A stretch of 64,000 nt of DNA, taken from NCBI GenBank assembly GCA_963783305.1, contig CAWAMW010000007.1, positions 576,001 to 640,000 of the forward strand. The letters are read 5' to 3'. Positions 1 through 9,529 of this stretch are shown in pieces. Source of the DNA: an uncultured Gemmatimonadales bacterium. Lineage in GTDB: Bacteria > Gemmatimonadota > Gemmatimonadetes > Longimicrobiales > RSA9. Position numbers and translations under genes: made by a program. Position 1 is the first letter of the stretch, and the number at the start of each line of letters is the position of its first letter. The notes below the pieces were generated by a model. It did no database searches. It worked only from the letters and a program-made list of their open reading frames with translations, and had not been told where the DNA came from.

Positions 1-1083
1 CACCGCGAGCCAGATCAGCACGACCATCGAGACGGCGAAGAGGAGGGACCCGTTCAGCGGACCCGCCAGCGGCTCGAACACGCGTGCGTAGAGCCACCCG
101 TAGCCCGTCACCGCCCCGCCGTCGCCTGTCGGCACGTGGATCAGACGGGTCAGGGTCCGGGCCAGCACTCCCGACAGGACGTACGCGAACAGGGGGTTGA
201 GCCCGTACACCTGCAGTGGCTTGACCCATCCTCGCCAGCCGTTCACGTCGATCACCCAGATGAACCACGCGAGCGCCACGAACGCGATCCCGCCCGTGTA
301 GAGCACGTACGAGCCGGTCCAGAGAGGCTTGTTGATCGGGAACAGCGGATTCCATGCGACGCCCGCCAGGATGAGCAGTGTACCCGTCAGCAACATGCGC
401 AGGATGGCGTCCTCCCGCCGCGGGGATTCCGTGATCCACCGCCCGGCGATATAGCCCATCACGACTGTGACCACGGCCGGCAGCGTGCTCAACAAGCCTT
501 CCGGATCGAAGGGGATCCCGAATCCGTGCCACACATGCGCTTCGCCGAAGATGGCGAGATCGACGCGCCGGACGACGTTGCTCTCGAGGGCATATGGCTC
601 CGCGCCGCCGACCGCGAGCAGCAGGGCCCAGTACCCGAGCAGGATCGCGGCGGACGCGGCCACGACGTTCCGTGGCGAGAGCAGCAGGACGAGGAACGCG
701 GCCAGTCCATAGGCGAGGGCGATGCGCTGGAGCACGCCCATGATCCGGAGGTCCCCGGGGAGATCGCGGCCGACGAACGGGTAGGCGCTCAGGAACAGCC
801 CGACCAGGAAGATCAGCGCGACTCGCCGCACGATCTTGCGAGCGAGCGGCGGCGAGAGCCGGTGGTCGAACTTCCGGAACGAGAACCACATCGACGTGCC
901 GACCACGAACAGGAAGAAGGGGAAGATGAGGTCGGTGGGGGTCGCGCCGTGCCACGCGGCGTGGCGGAGGGGAGCATAGATATGACCCCAGCTTCCGGGC
1001 ATGTTGACCAGGATCATGCCGGCGATGGTGGCGCCCCGGAAGGCGTCGAGGGCCAGCAGGCGTCGCTCGGGCGTGGTATCCAT
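1..1083 (-). CDS. NagX/HGSNAT-like (heparan-alpha-glucosaminide N-acetyltransferase family) membrane protein, 3' end runs off the window
   Basis: Absent from the ORF track; hand translation from ATG 1083 gives MDTTPERRLLALDAFRGATIAGMILVNMPGSWGHIYAPLRHAAWHGATPTDLIFPFFLF, the typical R..LD.FRG / H..W.G.T..DL.FP.F N-terminus. Lies next to amino-sugar genes. Confidence 0.85.
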   Translation of the reverse strand, partial: MDTTPERRLLALDAFRGATIAGMILVNMPGSWGHIYAPLRHAAWHGATPTDLIFPFFLFVVGTSMWFSFRKFDHRLSPPLARKIVRRVALIFLVGLFLSAYPFVGRDLPGDLRIMGVLQRIALAYGLAAFLVLLLSPRNVVAASAAILLGYWALLLAVGGAEPYALESNVVRRVDLAIFGEAHVWHGFGIPFDPEGLLSTLPAVVTVVMGYIAGRWITESPRREDAILRMLLTGTLLILAGVAWNPLFPINKPLWTGSYVLYTGGIAFVALAWFIWVIDVNGWRGWVKPLQVYGLNPLFAYVLSGVLARTLTRLIHVPTGDGGAVTGYGWLYARVFEPLAGPLNGSLLFAVSMVVLIWLAV

Positions 1084-1197
1084 GGGTTGGACTCGGTGGG
1101 CTCTCGGGTCGCGGCAATCTAGGTGCAGTGGAGATCAAATGCGAAGCGAACCGGGGCGGCGGTTTCCGTTCCTGGCTGCACCCGCTACCGTGTCCGC

Positions 1198-2106
1198 ATG
1201 ATCTCCTTTCCGATACCGTGGAAGCGGCCCACAGCCGTGGCGCGGCGACTCACCCTCACGGCGGCGCTCGTCGTCGCTGGCTGCGCCACACCGGCGGGGG
1301 AGCCGACGACGCCGACTCGCGGTGGAGCGGGCTCCACTGCCTCCGCCGCAGCCGCCGGGGTCCGCGTGCTGGTGTACAACATCCACGCGGGCAGGGACGC
1401 CGCCGGTGCAGAGAACCTGGAGAGGGTCGCGGCGCTGGTCCGTTCGAGCGGCGCGGATCTCGTGCTGCTGCAGGAGGTCGATCGCGGCACGCGGCGTTCC
1501 GGGGGCGTGGACCAGCTCGCGCAGCTGGAGCAGCGCACCGGCTTCCATGGAGCGTTCGGCCGCACGCTGGACTACCAGGGGGGCGGGTACGGGATCGCCG
1601 TATTGTCGCGCTGGCCCATCTCCGGCGACACGCTCCACCCGCTGGCGGTGGAGCCTGCGCAGGAGCGCGCTGGCGGCTCGTACGAGCCCCGCGGTGCGCT
1701 GGGCGTGAGGGTGGCGCCGGCCGTGGGCGGGTTCGGCGTCGTGAATACCCACCTGGACGCGTCCGGGGATGACCGTTACCGGCGACAGGAAGTCGTGGGA
1801 GTGCTCGCCGCCGCCGAGCGACTGCGCGGCGGGACGCCCTGGGTCGTCGTGGGCGGCGACTTCAACGCCGAGCCGGACACGCGGGTGGTCGAGCGCATGC
1901 GGGCGGGCGGCTGGACGGACGCATGGAGGGAGTGTGGAGATGGAGACGGTCTCACCTTTTCGACGGACGTACCCGTGAAGCGGATCGACTACCTGTTCCT
2001 GGCCCCGGGGCTGACGTGCGCGTCGGCGGAGGTCCTGGAGAGCGCGGCCTCCGACCACCGGCCGCTGCTTGTGGTGGTGACCGGACCAGCCGTGAGGGCG
2101 CCATGA
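1198..2106 (+). CDS. Endonuclease/exonuclease/phosphatase (EEP) family protein, probable lipoprotein
   Basis: Motifs YNIH, LQEVD, NTHL, GDFN, RIDY, SDHRP; lipobox-like VVAGC. Start placed at ATG 1198 (track ORF begins 1123). Confidence 0.85.
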   Translation: MISFPIPWKRPTAVARRLTLTAALVVAGCATPAGEPTTPTRGGAGSTASAAAAGVRVLVYNIHAGRDAAGAENLERVAALVRSSGADLVLLQEVDRGTRRSGGVDQLAQLEQRTGFHGAFGRTLDYQGGGYGIAVLSRWPISGDTLHPLAVEPAQERAGGSYEPRGALGVRVAPAVGGFGVVNTHLDASGDDRYRRQEVVGVLAAAERLRGGTPWVVVGGDFNAEPDTRVVERMRAGGWTDAWRECGDGDGLTFSTDVPVKRIDYLFLAPGLTCASAEVLESAASDHRPLLVVVTGPAVRAP

Positions 2107-3947
2107 TGACCCGCCTGCTCCTGTTCGGGCTGGTGATGGGGCTCGGGGCCTGCGCGGCCGGGGCGCGCCGGAGCGACGCGGACGGGAGCGGGCCGGGGCC
2201 GGAGCTCCGACCGGGCGCCCACACGCCCCTGCCGGCTTCGGCGCTGCGGTGGGTCGACGAGACGCTGTCGGCGATGACGCTACGGGAGAAGGCCGGGCAG
2301 CTCGTGATGCCGTGGGTCAGTGCGGAATACACCGCCGTGGACTCCCCGGAGTTCGACCGACTGCTGGAGTGGGTGGAAGCCCATGGCGTTGGCGGGCTGG
2401 TCCTGTCCGTGGGGCTCCCTCACAGCTACGCGGCCAAGCTGAACGAGCTCCAGCGGCGCGCCAGGGTGCCGCTCCTGGTCGCATCCGACATGGAGAACGG
2501 GCCGGGGATGCGGATGAGCGGCATCTACTCGCTCCCGCACCTGCTGCCGCAGGGAGGTGGCACGGCGTTCCCGCCCGTCATGGCCCTCGGCGCCGCGGAC
2601 TCGGAGGAGCTCGCGTACGAGCTCGGCCGGGTGCTGGGCCGGGAGGCCCGGGCGGTGGGGGTCCACATCACGTTCGGGCCGGTGCTGGACGTGAACTCCA
2701 ACCCGAGCAACCCGATCATCAACACCCGCTCGTTCGGGGAGGACCCCGAGCGGGTCTCGCGACTGGGGGTCGCGTACATCCGCGGCGCGCGGTCGGAGGG
2801 GTTGATGACCACGGCCAAGCACTTCCCGGGGCACGGCGACACGAGCGAAGACTCGCACATCGAGCTACCCGTCATCACCGCCGATCGCGCCCGCATGGAC
2901 ACCCTGGAGCTGCCCCCGTTCCGGGCCGCGATCGATGCGGGGGTCGACGCCGTGATGACGGCCCACATCGCGGTGCGGGGGGTGGAGGGCGCGGAGGCGC
3001 CGCCGGCCACGCTGTCGCCGTACTTCATGACCCGCGTGCTCCGGGAGGAGCTGGGCTTCGACGGTCTGCTGTTCACGGACGCGATGACCATGGGCGGCGT
3101 GGCCGACCAATTCGGTGGCGGTACCGAGGTGCTGGTCCGGGCGCTCGAGGCGGGCGCGGACGTGCTGCTCATGCCGCGGGACGTGGCGGAGGCGGTGTCG
3201 GCCGTGACGGCAGCCGTGGAGGCCGGGCGGCTCGAGGAGTCCCGGATCGACGCCTCGGTCCGCCGTATCCTCGAGGCCAAGGCCCGGGCCGGGCTTCACC
3301 GGCGTCGGCTCGTCTCGCTCGAGCTCGTTGACGAGGTGGTGGGCGTCCGAGCCCACACGGAGCTCGCCCGGACGGTTGCGGAGCGCTCGGTCACCCTGGC
3401 CCGGGACCGCGACCAGCTCGTGCCCCTGACCGGCGCCAGCCGCGTGCTCGTCCTCAACTACGCCGAGGCGAACGACCCGGTGGCGGGACGCACGTTCGTC
3501 CGCGCCCTCGCGGCTGCCGTGAGCGTGGACGCCGCCCGGGTGGACGCCCGCACCGACTCCGCCACGTGGACCGAGCTCCGGGCCCGCGCGGACTCGGCCG
3601 ATCTCGTCATAGCCGCCGCCCGAGTGACTCCACGCGAGTACAGCGGCACCGTGGAGGCCGAGGGCGGTTTCGCCGGCTTTGTCGAGTCGCTCGCACGGGC
3701 GGGCAAGCCGGTGATAGCCGTCTCCTTCGGGAGCCCGTACCTGCTCGATTCTTTCCCATCCGTCCCTGCGTACCTCCTCGCCTGGGGCGGAGTAGACGCG
3801 AGCCAGAAGGCGGCCGCGCGAGCGCTTCTGGGCGAGATCCCGATCCAGGGGCGGCTGCCGATCTCGCTCCCGCCCCACCACGAGGCCGGTACCGGGATCA
3901 TGCGACCCGGCCCACCGACCGCTCGCGGCTCGGACGCCCCGCGCTGA
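2103..3947 (+). CDS. nagZ: GH3 beta-N-acetylhexosaminidase (NagZ-like) lipoprotein with C-terminal GH3 domain
   Basis: KHFPGHGDTSEDSH catalytic loop, FTDAMTM, PVLDVN, RSFGEDP; lipobox LGAC; ATG 2103 overlaps the EEP stop (ATGA). Confidence 0.85.
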   Translation: MMTRLLLFGLVMGLGACAAGARRSDADGSGPGPELRPGAHTPLPASALRWVDETLSAMTLREKAGQLVMPWVSAEYTAVDSPEFDRLLEWVEAHGVGGLVLSVGLPHSYAAKLNELQRRARVPLLVASDMENGPGMRMSGIYSLPHLLPQGGGTAFPPVMALGAADSEELAYELGRVLGREARAVGVHITFGPVLDVNSNPSNPIINTRSFGEDPERVSRLGVAYIRGARSEGLMTTAKHFPGHGDTSEDSHIELPVITADRARMDTLELPPFRAAIDAGVDAVMTAHIAVRGVEGAEAPPATLSPYFMTRVLREELGFDGLLFTDAMTMGGVADQFGGGTEVLVRALEAGADVLLMPRDVAEAVSAVTAAVEAGRLEESRIDASVRRILEAKARAGLHRRRLVSLELVDEVVGVRAHTELARTVAERSVTLARDRDQLVPLTGASRVLVLNYAEANDPVAGRTFVRALAAAVSVDAARVDARTDSATWTELRARADSADLVIAAARVTPREYSGTVEAEGGFAGFVESLARAGKPVIAVSFGSPYLLDSFPSVPAYLLAWGGVDASQKAAARALLGEIPIQGRLPISLPPHHEAGTGIMRPGPPTARGSDAPR

Positions 3948-3954
3948 GCGCCCC

Positions 3955-4890
3955 ATGACCCCGGAGCCGGGCGCCCGCTTCGTTATCGGGCTCGATGGAG
4001 GCGGTACGGCCACGCGCATGGCCGTGGCCGATACGGACGGGCGTGAGCTGATCCGCCGCCGCGGCGCGGCGGGGCTGGTGGACCCGCAGAGCCCCCAGGC
4101 GACCGCGACCACGCTGATCTCCCTGGTGCGCGACTGCGCGGCCGCGGCCGGGGTACCGCTCCCGGTTTCCGCCCTCTGTGCCGGGCTGGCCGGAGCCGGT
4201 GCGCGAGAGCCCAGGGAGCGCCTACGGGACGCGTTCGCATCGGCCGGACTGGCCGACCGGGTACTCGTGGTCCCGGACGGCGAGGTGGCGCTGGAGGGCG
4301 CGCTCGGCGGCACGTCCGGCGTGCTCCTGGTGGCCGGAACCGGGTCCGCGGCGTGGGGGAGGGGAGAGGACGGCCGGACCGCGCGCTGCGGCGGCTGGGG
4401 TATGGTCGCGGGCGACGAGGGGAGCGGCTACGCCATCGGACGCGACGCGCTCAGAGCGGCGCTGCAGTCGGCGGATGGCCGGCGTCCGTCAGGGGTTCTG
4501 CTGCCCGAGCTTCTGACGACTCTCGGACGCGAGGAGCCGGGCGATCTCGCGGCCTGGGCGGGCACGGCCACCAAGGGAGACGTGGCCGCCCTCTCGCCGC
4601 TCGTGATCCGGCTGGCCGAGGGCGGGGACCCGGCCTCCGATGAGATCGTGACCCGCGCGGCGGGGGAGCTTGCGTGCCACGTGGAGGCGCTCGTGGCACG
4701 GCTCGGGCCGTGGTCCCCGCCGGTGTGCGTCGTCTTCCACGGCGGCGCTGTGGGGGAGGAGGGGCTGGCGCGGCGAGTGGAGGCGCGGCTCCGATCCGGG
4801 CCGGTGGAGATCGACCGGCGAGAGGCCGCCGCGGACGCCGTAACGGGGGCGGTGCGGATGGCGCTCTCCCTCGGATCGTGTGGCGGTTGA
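3955..4890 (+). CDS. BadF/BadG/BcrA/BcrD-family sugar kinase (GlcNAc/MurNAc kinase-like)
   Basis: GLDGGGT, AGTGS and GGWG..GDEGSG motifs; directly follows nagZ. Confidence 0.85.
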   Translation: MTPEPGARFVIGLDGGGTATRMAVADTDGRELIRRRGAAGLVDPQSPQATATTLISLVRDCAAAAGVPLPVSALCAGLAGAGAREPRERLRDAFASAGLADRVLVVPDGEVALEGALGGTSGVLLVAGTGSAAWGRGEDGRTARCGGWGMVAGDEGSGYAIGRDALRAALQSADGRRPSGVLLPELLTTLGREEPGDLAAWAGTATKGDVAALSPLVIRLAEGGDPASDEIVTRAAGELACHVEALVARLGPWSPPVCVVFHGGAVGEEGLARRVEARLRSGPVEIDRREAAADAVTGAVRMALSLGSCGG

Positions 4891-4915
4891 CCCCGGGCCC
4901 GAGTTGGCCCATTGT
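4887..4915 (+). promoter_or_regulatory. Putative sigma70 promoter for the tRNA
   Basis: TTGACC-17 bp-CATTGT ending 36 bp upstream of the tRNA. Confidence 0.4.
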
Positions 4916-4951
4916 TCAGCACTCTGGCCCCCGGGCCGGTTTCCATCAGCA

Positions 4952-5025
4952 GGGCCCGTAGCTCAGGTGGATAGAGCATCGGTTTCCTAAACCGAGGGTC
5001 GCGCGTTCGAGTCGCGCCGGGCCCG
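4952..5025 (+). tRNA. tRNA-Arg (anticodon CCT)
   Basis: Cloverleaf: acceptor GGGCCCG/CGGGCCC, D-arm GCTC/GAGC, anticodon arm TCGGT-TTCCTAA-ACCGA, T-arm GCGCG-TTCGAGT-CGCGC. CCA end not encoded. Confidence 0.96.
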
Positions 5026-5030
5026 TTCTT

Positions 5031-5069
5031 GCGGCCGGCCTCGGTCCACAGAGGTCGGCCGCCTTCTTG
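5031..5069 (+). terminator. Hairpin/putative terminator after the tRNA
   Basis: GCGGCCGGCCTC-8 nt-GAGGTCGGCCGC (12-bp stem, one G-U) followed by CTTCTT. Confidence 0.55.
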
Positions 5070-5113
5070 ACCGAGGGGAACAACACGACGTGCAGGGACG
5101 AAGCTCCATATCC

Positions 5114-5923
5114 ATGAGGTGGCTGCTGGCCGCAGCCACGGCCCTCCTGAGCGCGATCCTCACCGCCACACCGGCGGCGGCGCAGATCGACCTCCCCCGG
5201 CCCACGGGCTATATCAACGACTTCGCCAACGTCATTCCGGCCGAGCAGGAGGCCCGGATCCGACAGGTGATCGACGAGGTGCGGGCGAAGTCTGGCGGCG
5301 AGATCGTGGTCGTGACCATCCCGTCGCTGAACGGGCGCCCGATTACGGAATGGGGCCTGGAGATCGGCCGCGAGTGGCGGATCGGGGGGGAGGGGGAGGC
5401 GGGCGACCGGTTCCGGAACACCGGGCTGGTCTTCCTGGTGGCGCCGAAAGAGCGGGATCTCCGGATCGAGCTCGGTACGAACACGAATACGTTCATCACC
5501 GCTTCCGAGGCGGGGCGGATCCGGGATCGATACGTGATCCCGGCGTTCCGCGAGGGCGACTACGGCACCGGGATCTACAACGGTGTGGCCGCGCTGGCGC
5601 TGGAGTACGCGGATGAGTTCGGGTTCGAGTTGACGGGCGACTTCGCGCCGGCGGAGCCACAGGGCCGGGGAGATGGGGGCGGCGGCGTGGACTGGAGGAC
5701 CTACCTGTTCCTCTTCTTCATCCTGTTCATGGTCTTCGGCGGACGTGGACGCCGGCGCGGGTGCCTGCCTTTCTTCATCCCGATCCCCATGGGCGGCGGA
5801 GGGCATCACAGGGGCGGCTTCGGCGGCGGCGGGTTCGGCGGTGGCTTCGGCGGAGGGGGCGGGTTCGGCGGGTTCGGCGGAGGCGGTGGTTTCGGGGGCG
5901 GCGGTGTATCAGGGAGCTGGTGA
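5114..5923 (+). CDS. TPM domain (YgcG-like) membrane protein with Gly-rich C-terminal tail
   Basis: Signal peptide, YINDFANVI, W.IG, RIELG motifs, TM segment and GGFGGG tail ending SGSW. Confidence 0.88.
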   Translation: MRWLLAAATALLSAILTATPAAAQIDLPRPTGYINDFANVIPAEQEARIRQVIDEVRAKSGGEIVVVTIPSLNGRPITEWGLEIGREWRIGGEGEAGDRFRNTGLVFLVAPKERDLRIELGTNTNTFITASEAGRIRDRYVIPAFREGDYGTGIYNGVAALALEYADEFGFELTGDFAPAEPQGRGDGGGGVDWRTYLFLFFILFMVFGGRGRRRGCLPFFIPIPMGGGGHHRGGFGGGGFGGGFGGGGGFGGFGGGGGFGGGGVSGSW

Positions 5924-5924
5924 C

Positions 5925-6656
5925 ATGAGCGACACGAGAAAAGCGGCGGAGAGCTACGCGACGGAGCTGTCGAACGCGCTGGGAGATCGGCTTCGGAGCG
6001 TCGTGCTGCACGGGTCGGTGGCGCGGGGAGAGCCGGTGAAGGGGGTGAGCGACGTGAACCTGCTCGTCCTCCTGGACCGCATCGATCCGCCGCTCCTGCG
6101 GGAGCTGGCGCCGCACGCGCGGCGGTGGCTCGAGAAGCAGCGCGCCCTCCCGCTCGTGCTGACCTGGGACGAATGGGCGGCGGCCAGCGACGCGTTCGCC
6201 ATCGAGACCTCCGACATGCTGGACGCGCACGAGGTGCTGCACGGCTCCGACCCGCTGCTCGACACCACCGTGGAGCCGCGCCACCTGCGGATCCAGGCGG
6301 AGCGCGAGCTGCGCGGCAAGCTGATCCACCTCCGGCAGGGAACGCTCGCCGCGGCCGACCGTCCCCGGGAGCTGGGCCGGCTGCTGCTCGCCGCGCTCCC
6401 GAGCGTCGCCACATACCTTCGCGCTGCGCTCCGGCTCGCAGGCGAGCAGGTGACGGGCGAGGAAACGCCCGCCGTCTTCTCTCGCGGCTCGCGCCTGGTG
6501 GGCACCGATGAGACGCGCCTGCTCGAGCTGTGGGATCTGAGGAGCAGGCAGAAGGAGCCGGAGGCCGGCGTGGAGGACCCGCGGGTCGCCGCCGTTCACG
6601 CTGTTCTGGAGCATACCGTGGAGTACGTTGACACCCTGTCCGGAGGAAGTACATGA
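5925..6656 (+). CDS. Pol-beta-type nucleotidyltransferase-domain protein
   Basis: LHGSVARG...SDVNLLV motif; ATG 5925 starts 1 bp after the TPM stop; stop overlaps the lemA start. Confidence 0.75.
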   Translation: MSDTRKAAESYATELSNALGDRLRSVVLHGSVARGEPVKGVSDVNLLVLLDRIDPPLLRELAPHARRWLEKQRALPLVLTWDEWAAASDAFAIETSDMLDAHEVLHGSDPLLDTTVEPRHLRIQAERELRGKLIHLRQGTLAAADRPRELGRLLLAALPSVATYLRAALRLAGEQVTGEETPAVFSRGSRLVGTDETRLLELWDLRSRQKEPEAGVEDPRVAAVHAVLEHTVEYVDTLSGGST

Positions 6657-7255
6657 AGCGCGCCCTCATCACGCTGCTGGTCCTTTCCGTCCCCCTCTCC
6701 GGGTGTGGCTACAATCGCATCCAGGAGATGGACGAGAACGTGGAGGCCCGACGGGCCGACATCGAGGCGGAGCTGCTCCGCCGCAACGACCTGATCCCGA
6801 ACCTCGTGGCCACCGTGGAGGAGGCCGCGCGCTTCGAGGAGGAGACCTTCACCCGCGTCGCCGAGGCGCGTTCGGGGCTGACCCAGTCGCGGGAGCAGCT
6901 GGCGCAGGCCGTGCAGAGCGGCACCGACAGCGGCGAACTCTCGCGCGCAGCCTCGAACGTCGGTGAGAACCTGCGGCTGTTCCTGAACGTGGCCGTGGAG
7001 GCCTACCCACAGCTGACGGCGAACCGAAGCTTCATCGCGCTCCAGGACGAGCTGACGGAGACCGAGAATCGGATCAGCGTGGCCCGGCGCGATTTCAACG
7101 AGTCGGTGCAGCAGTACAACAGCTACGTCCGGCGCTTCCCGCAGGCGATCACGGCCCGTGTGATCGGGGCCGAGCGCAAGGACACGTTCGAGGCGCCCGA
7201 GAGCGCCAGGGCGGCTCCGCAGGTGGAGTTCGGCGAGGGCGACGCGGGCCGCTGA
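6653..7255 (+). CDS. lemA: LemA family protein
   Basis: RR.DLIPNLV.TV, EAYPQL, LQDEL..TENRI.VARR, FP motifs; N-terminal LSGC-GYN. Confidence 0.93.
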   Translation: MKRALITLLVLSVPLSGCGYNRIQEMDENVEARRADIEAELLRRNDLIPNLVATVEEAARFEEETFTRVAEARSGLTQSREQLAQAVQSGTDSGELSRAASNVGENLRLFLNVAVEAYPQLTANRSFIALQDELTETENRISVARRDFNESVQQYNSYVRRFPQAITARVIGAERKDTFEAPESARAAPQVEFGEGDAGR

Positions 7256-7370
7256 GGGATTCGCCCCACACGAGACCGCTTCCTGTCGGCGAATTCCCCA
7301 CAGGCGGGTGCGGGATTCCTTACGGCCGAATACCAAGGTTCTCCGCCCGGTGCCGAGGGGTTTGCCGGGA

Positions 7371-7399
7371 TTGTACCCCCTATGGCATGCCCTTATCTT
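7371..7399 (+). promoter_or_regulatory. Putative sigma70 promoter of the ccm operon
   Basis: TTGTAC-17 bp-TATCTT in the lemA-ccmA intergenic region. Confidence 0.5.
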
Positions 7400-7442
7400 C
7401 GGTCTCCATAGTGAAATGCGACGAGGCCGGGAGGCGCCGCCT

Positions 7443-8126
7443 GTGAATAGAGACGGCATTGTGGTGGAGGGGGCCGCGAAGCGGTTCGGAAGGCGCTGGG
7501 CGCTCCGGGGTGCCAGCTTCCGGGCGGAGCCGGGCACGGCGGTAGCGCTCATGGGGCACAACGGGAGCGGGAAGACGACGCTGCTCCGGATTGTCGCCAC
7601 CACGCTTCGTCCCACGCGCGGCGGCGGCACGGTCTTCGGCTTCGACCTCGTGAAGGAGAGTGACGCGATCCGCGAGCACGTCGGCGCTCTCTATCATGCC
7701 CCCGGCGTCTACAGCGATCTGACGGCACGGGAGAACCTGGAGTTCGCGCGCCGCATGTGGGGGGGCGCGAGCGTCGTGGGCGTGGATGCGGCGCTGGAGC
7801 GAGTGGGTCTCACGTTCGCGGCCGACGAGCTGGCCCGGGGCTTCTCGTCCGGTATGACGCGCCGGCTATCACTGGCGCGTCTCGTCATGCGCCCACCCCG
7901 CCTGCTGCTCCTCGACGAGCCCTACGCCAGCTTCGACGCCGATGGCATCGAGTTGGTGAACACGATGGTGCGGGAGACCGTGGATCGCGGGGGGATCGCG
8001 CTGGTGGCGACGCACGACCCCGAGCGCTCCGCGGCGGTGGTGGACGTGATCATCACACTCCAGCAGGGGCGGGTGGTCCCCACCCCCGAGAAGGCTCCGC
8101 GGCTGACGGCGGAGGTGGTTCGATGA
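7443..8126 (+). CDS. ccmA: Heme exporter ATP-binding protein CcmA
   Basis: Walker A GHNGSGKT, FSSGM signature, LLLDEP; first gene of the ccm operon. Start is GTG 7443 after GGAGG (ATG 7416 is an alternative). Confidence 0.88.
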   Translation: MNRDGIVVEGAAKRFGRRWALRGASFRAEPGTAVALMGHNGSGKTTLLRIVATTLRPTRGGGTVFGFDLVKESDAIREHVGALYHAPGVYSDLTARENLEFARRMWGGASVVGVDAALERVGLTFAADELARGFSSGMTRRLSLARLVMRPPRLLLLDEPYASFDADGIELVNTMVRETVDRGGIALVATHDPERSAAVVDVIITLQQGRVVPTPEKAPRLTAEVVR

Positions 8127-8809
8127 GCTTTCGGGGCGAGATGACCCGCGTGGGCGCCGTCGCGTGGAAGGACCTGACTACGGAGCGCCGATCGAAGGCC
8201 AACTTCAACGCCGTTCTGTTCCTGGCCGCCCTCATGCTGCTCATGTTCGGCTTCGCGCTGGGCCCGGATACGGCCACCCTGAGGGCCGCGGCGGCGGGGA
8301 TCCTCTGGCTGACCATCCTGTTCAGCGGGAACCTGGCGTTCCACCGCTCATACCAGGTGGAGCTCGAGGGGGGCGCCCTCGAGACCCTGCTCCTCTATCC
8401 CGGGGCCCGAAGCTCGATCTTCCTCGGGAAGATGGCGGCCAACCTGGTGTTCGTGCTCATGGTGGAGATCGTGCTGGTCCCGCTCGCCATCATCCTCTAC
8501 GACATCGAGCTGACGGGCACGCTGGGGCTGGTCCTGCTGGTGATGCTGTTGGGGACGATCGGGTTCGTGACGCTTGGGACGTTCTACGGGTCCATGGCGA
8601 GCCGGAGTCGGGCGCGGGAAGTACTCCTGCCCCTCCTCCTGTTCCCCATGCTCGTGCCCGTGCTGGTTGCGGCGGTGGAAGGGACGGCGGCGCTGCTGGC
8701 GGGCGACGCCATGGGCGACGGCGGCCGGTGGATCCAGCTGCTGGTGGCTTTCGATATCATCTTCCTCGGCGCGAGCATCCTCGCGTTCGGGGCGGTCATC
8801 GAGGAGTAA
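8123..8809 (+). CDS. ccmB: Heme exporter permease CcmB
   Basis: KDL..E.RS, G.LE.LLL, LLPLLLFP motifs; multiple TM segments. Confidence 0.92.
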   Translation: MSFRGEMTRVGAVAWKDLTTERRSKANFNAVLFLAALMLLMFGFALGPDTATLRAAAAGILWLTILFSGNLAFHRSYQVELEGGALETLLLYPGARSSIFLGKMAANLVFVLMVEIVLVPLAIILYDIELTGTLGLVLLVMLLGTIGFVTLGTFYGSMASRSRAREVLLPLLLFPMLVPVLVAAVEGTAALLAGDAMGDGGRWIQLLVAFDIIFLGASILAFGAVIEE

Positions 8810-8818
8810 CGGAGAGAG

Positions 8819-9529
8819 ATGAGAGCGCTCAGAGAAGAGAAGGCGCCCCTCTGGCTGGTGGTGCTGACCGTGCTCGCGCCCGTGGCCGTGGTAGCGGCAC
8901 AGTGGTACGCGTTCGCGTACTCGCCGGCGGCGGAGGACTACGCGCATTCACAGAAGATCATGTACGTGCACGTACCGGCCGCGTGGAACGCGTTCCTGGC
9001 GTTCTTCATCGTGTTCTGGTCGAGTGTGGTATACCTGTGGAAGCGGACGGCGCGGAGCGACCTGCTGGCGGCCTCGGCGGCGGAGATCGGCGCACTCTTC
9101 ACCGGGCTCACCCTGGTGCTGGGCTCGATCTGGGGGAAATGGGCCTGGGGCGCGTGGTGGACCTGGGACGCCCGACTCACGTCCACGGCGGTGCTGTTCA
9201 TCATCTTTGTGGGCTACCTTTCGCTGCGCTCCTTCACGGAGGATCCGGAGCGGCGGGCGACGTGGAGCGCCGGAGTGGGAATCTTCGGGGCGCTGAACGT
9301 CCCCATCGTCTACATGTCCGTCCGGTGGTGGCGCACGTTGCACCAGGTGCAGTCGGCGCCGGATACGTTGACGCCGATCTACAAGTGGGCGCTCCGGGCG
9401 AACGCCGTGGCGTTCCTGGGGGTACTGATTGTGTTCGTGTCCTGGCGGTACCGTGCCGCGCGGATCGAGCGCCGGGCGGAGGCGCTCCAGGAAGAAGCCG
9501 TGCTCGAGGGGGGCGAAATCTATGTCTGA
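8819..9529 (+). CDS. ccmC: Heme exporter/cytochrome c biogenesis protein CcmC
   Basis: YVHVPAAW, WG...WG.WW.WDARLT (WWD motif), WWRTLHQ. Confidence 0.95.
   Translation: MRALREEKAPLWLVVLTVLAPVAVVAAQWYAFAYSPAAEDYAHSQKIMYVHVPAAWNAFLAFFIVFWSSVVYLWKRTARSDLLAASAAEIGALFTGLTLVLGSIWGKWAWGAWWTWDARLTSTAVLFIIFVGYLSLRSFTEDPERRATWSAGVGIFGALNVPIVYMSVRWWRTLHQVQSAPDTLTPIYKWALRANAVAFLGVLIVFVSWRYRAARIERRAEALQEEAVLEGGEIYV

Noticed and set aside
136..1122. 328-aa + strand ORF from the track
   Set aside because: It is the antisense shadow of the NagX-like gene on the minus strand, which has clear family motifs.
4952..5113. tRNA-Arg(CCT) as the integration site of a genomic island
   Set aside because: No adjacent integrase, no duplicated tRNA 3' end noticed in the window, and the downstream genes look like host genes.
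5812..5905. GGCGGC/TTCGGC low-complexity repeat
   Set aside because: It encodes the ordinary Gly-rich tail of TPM-domain proteins.
7256..7298. Inverted repeat GGGATTCGCC/GGCGAATTCCC after lemA as a riboswitch or terminator
   Set aside because: Long loop, no U-tract and no recognisable aptamer consensus.
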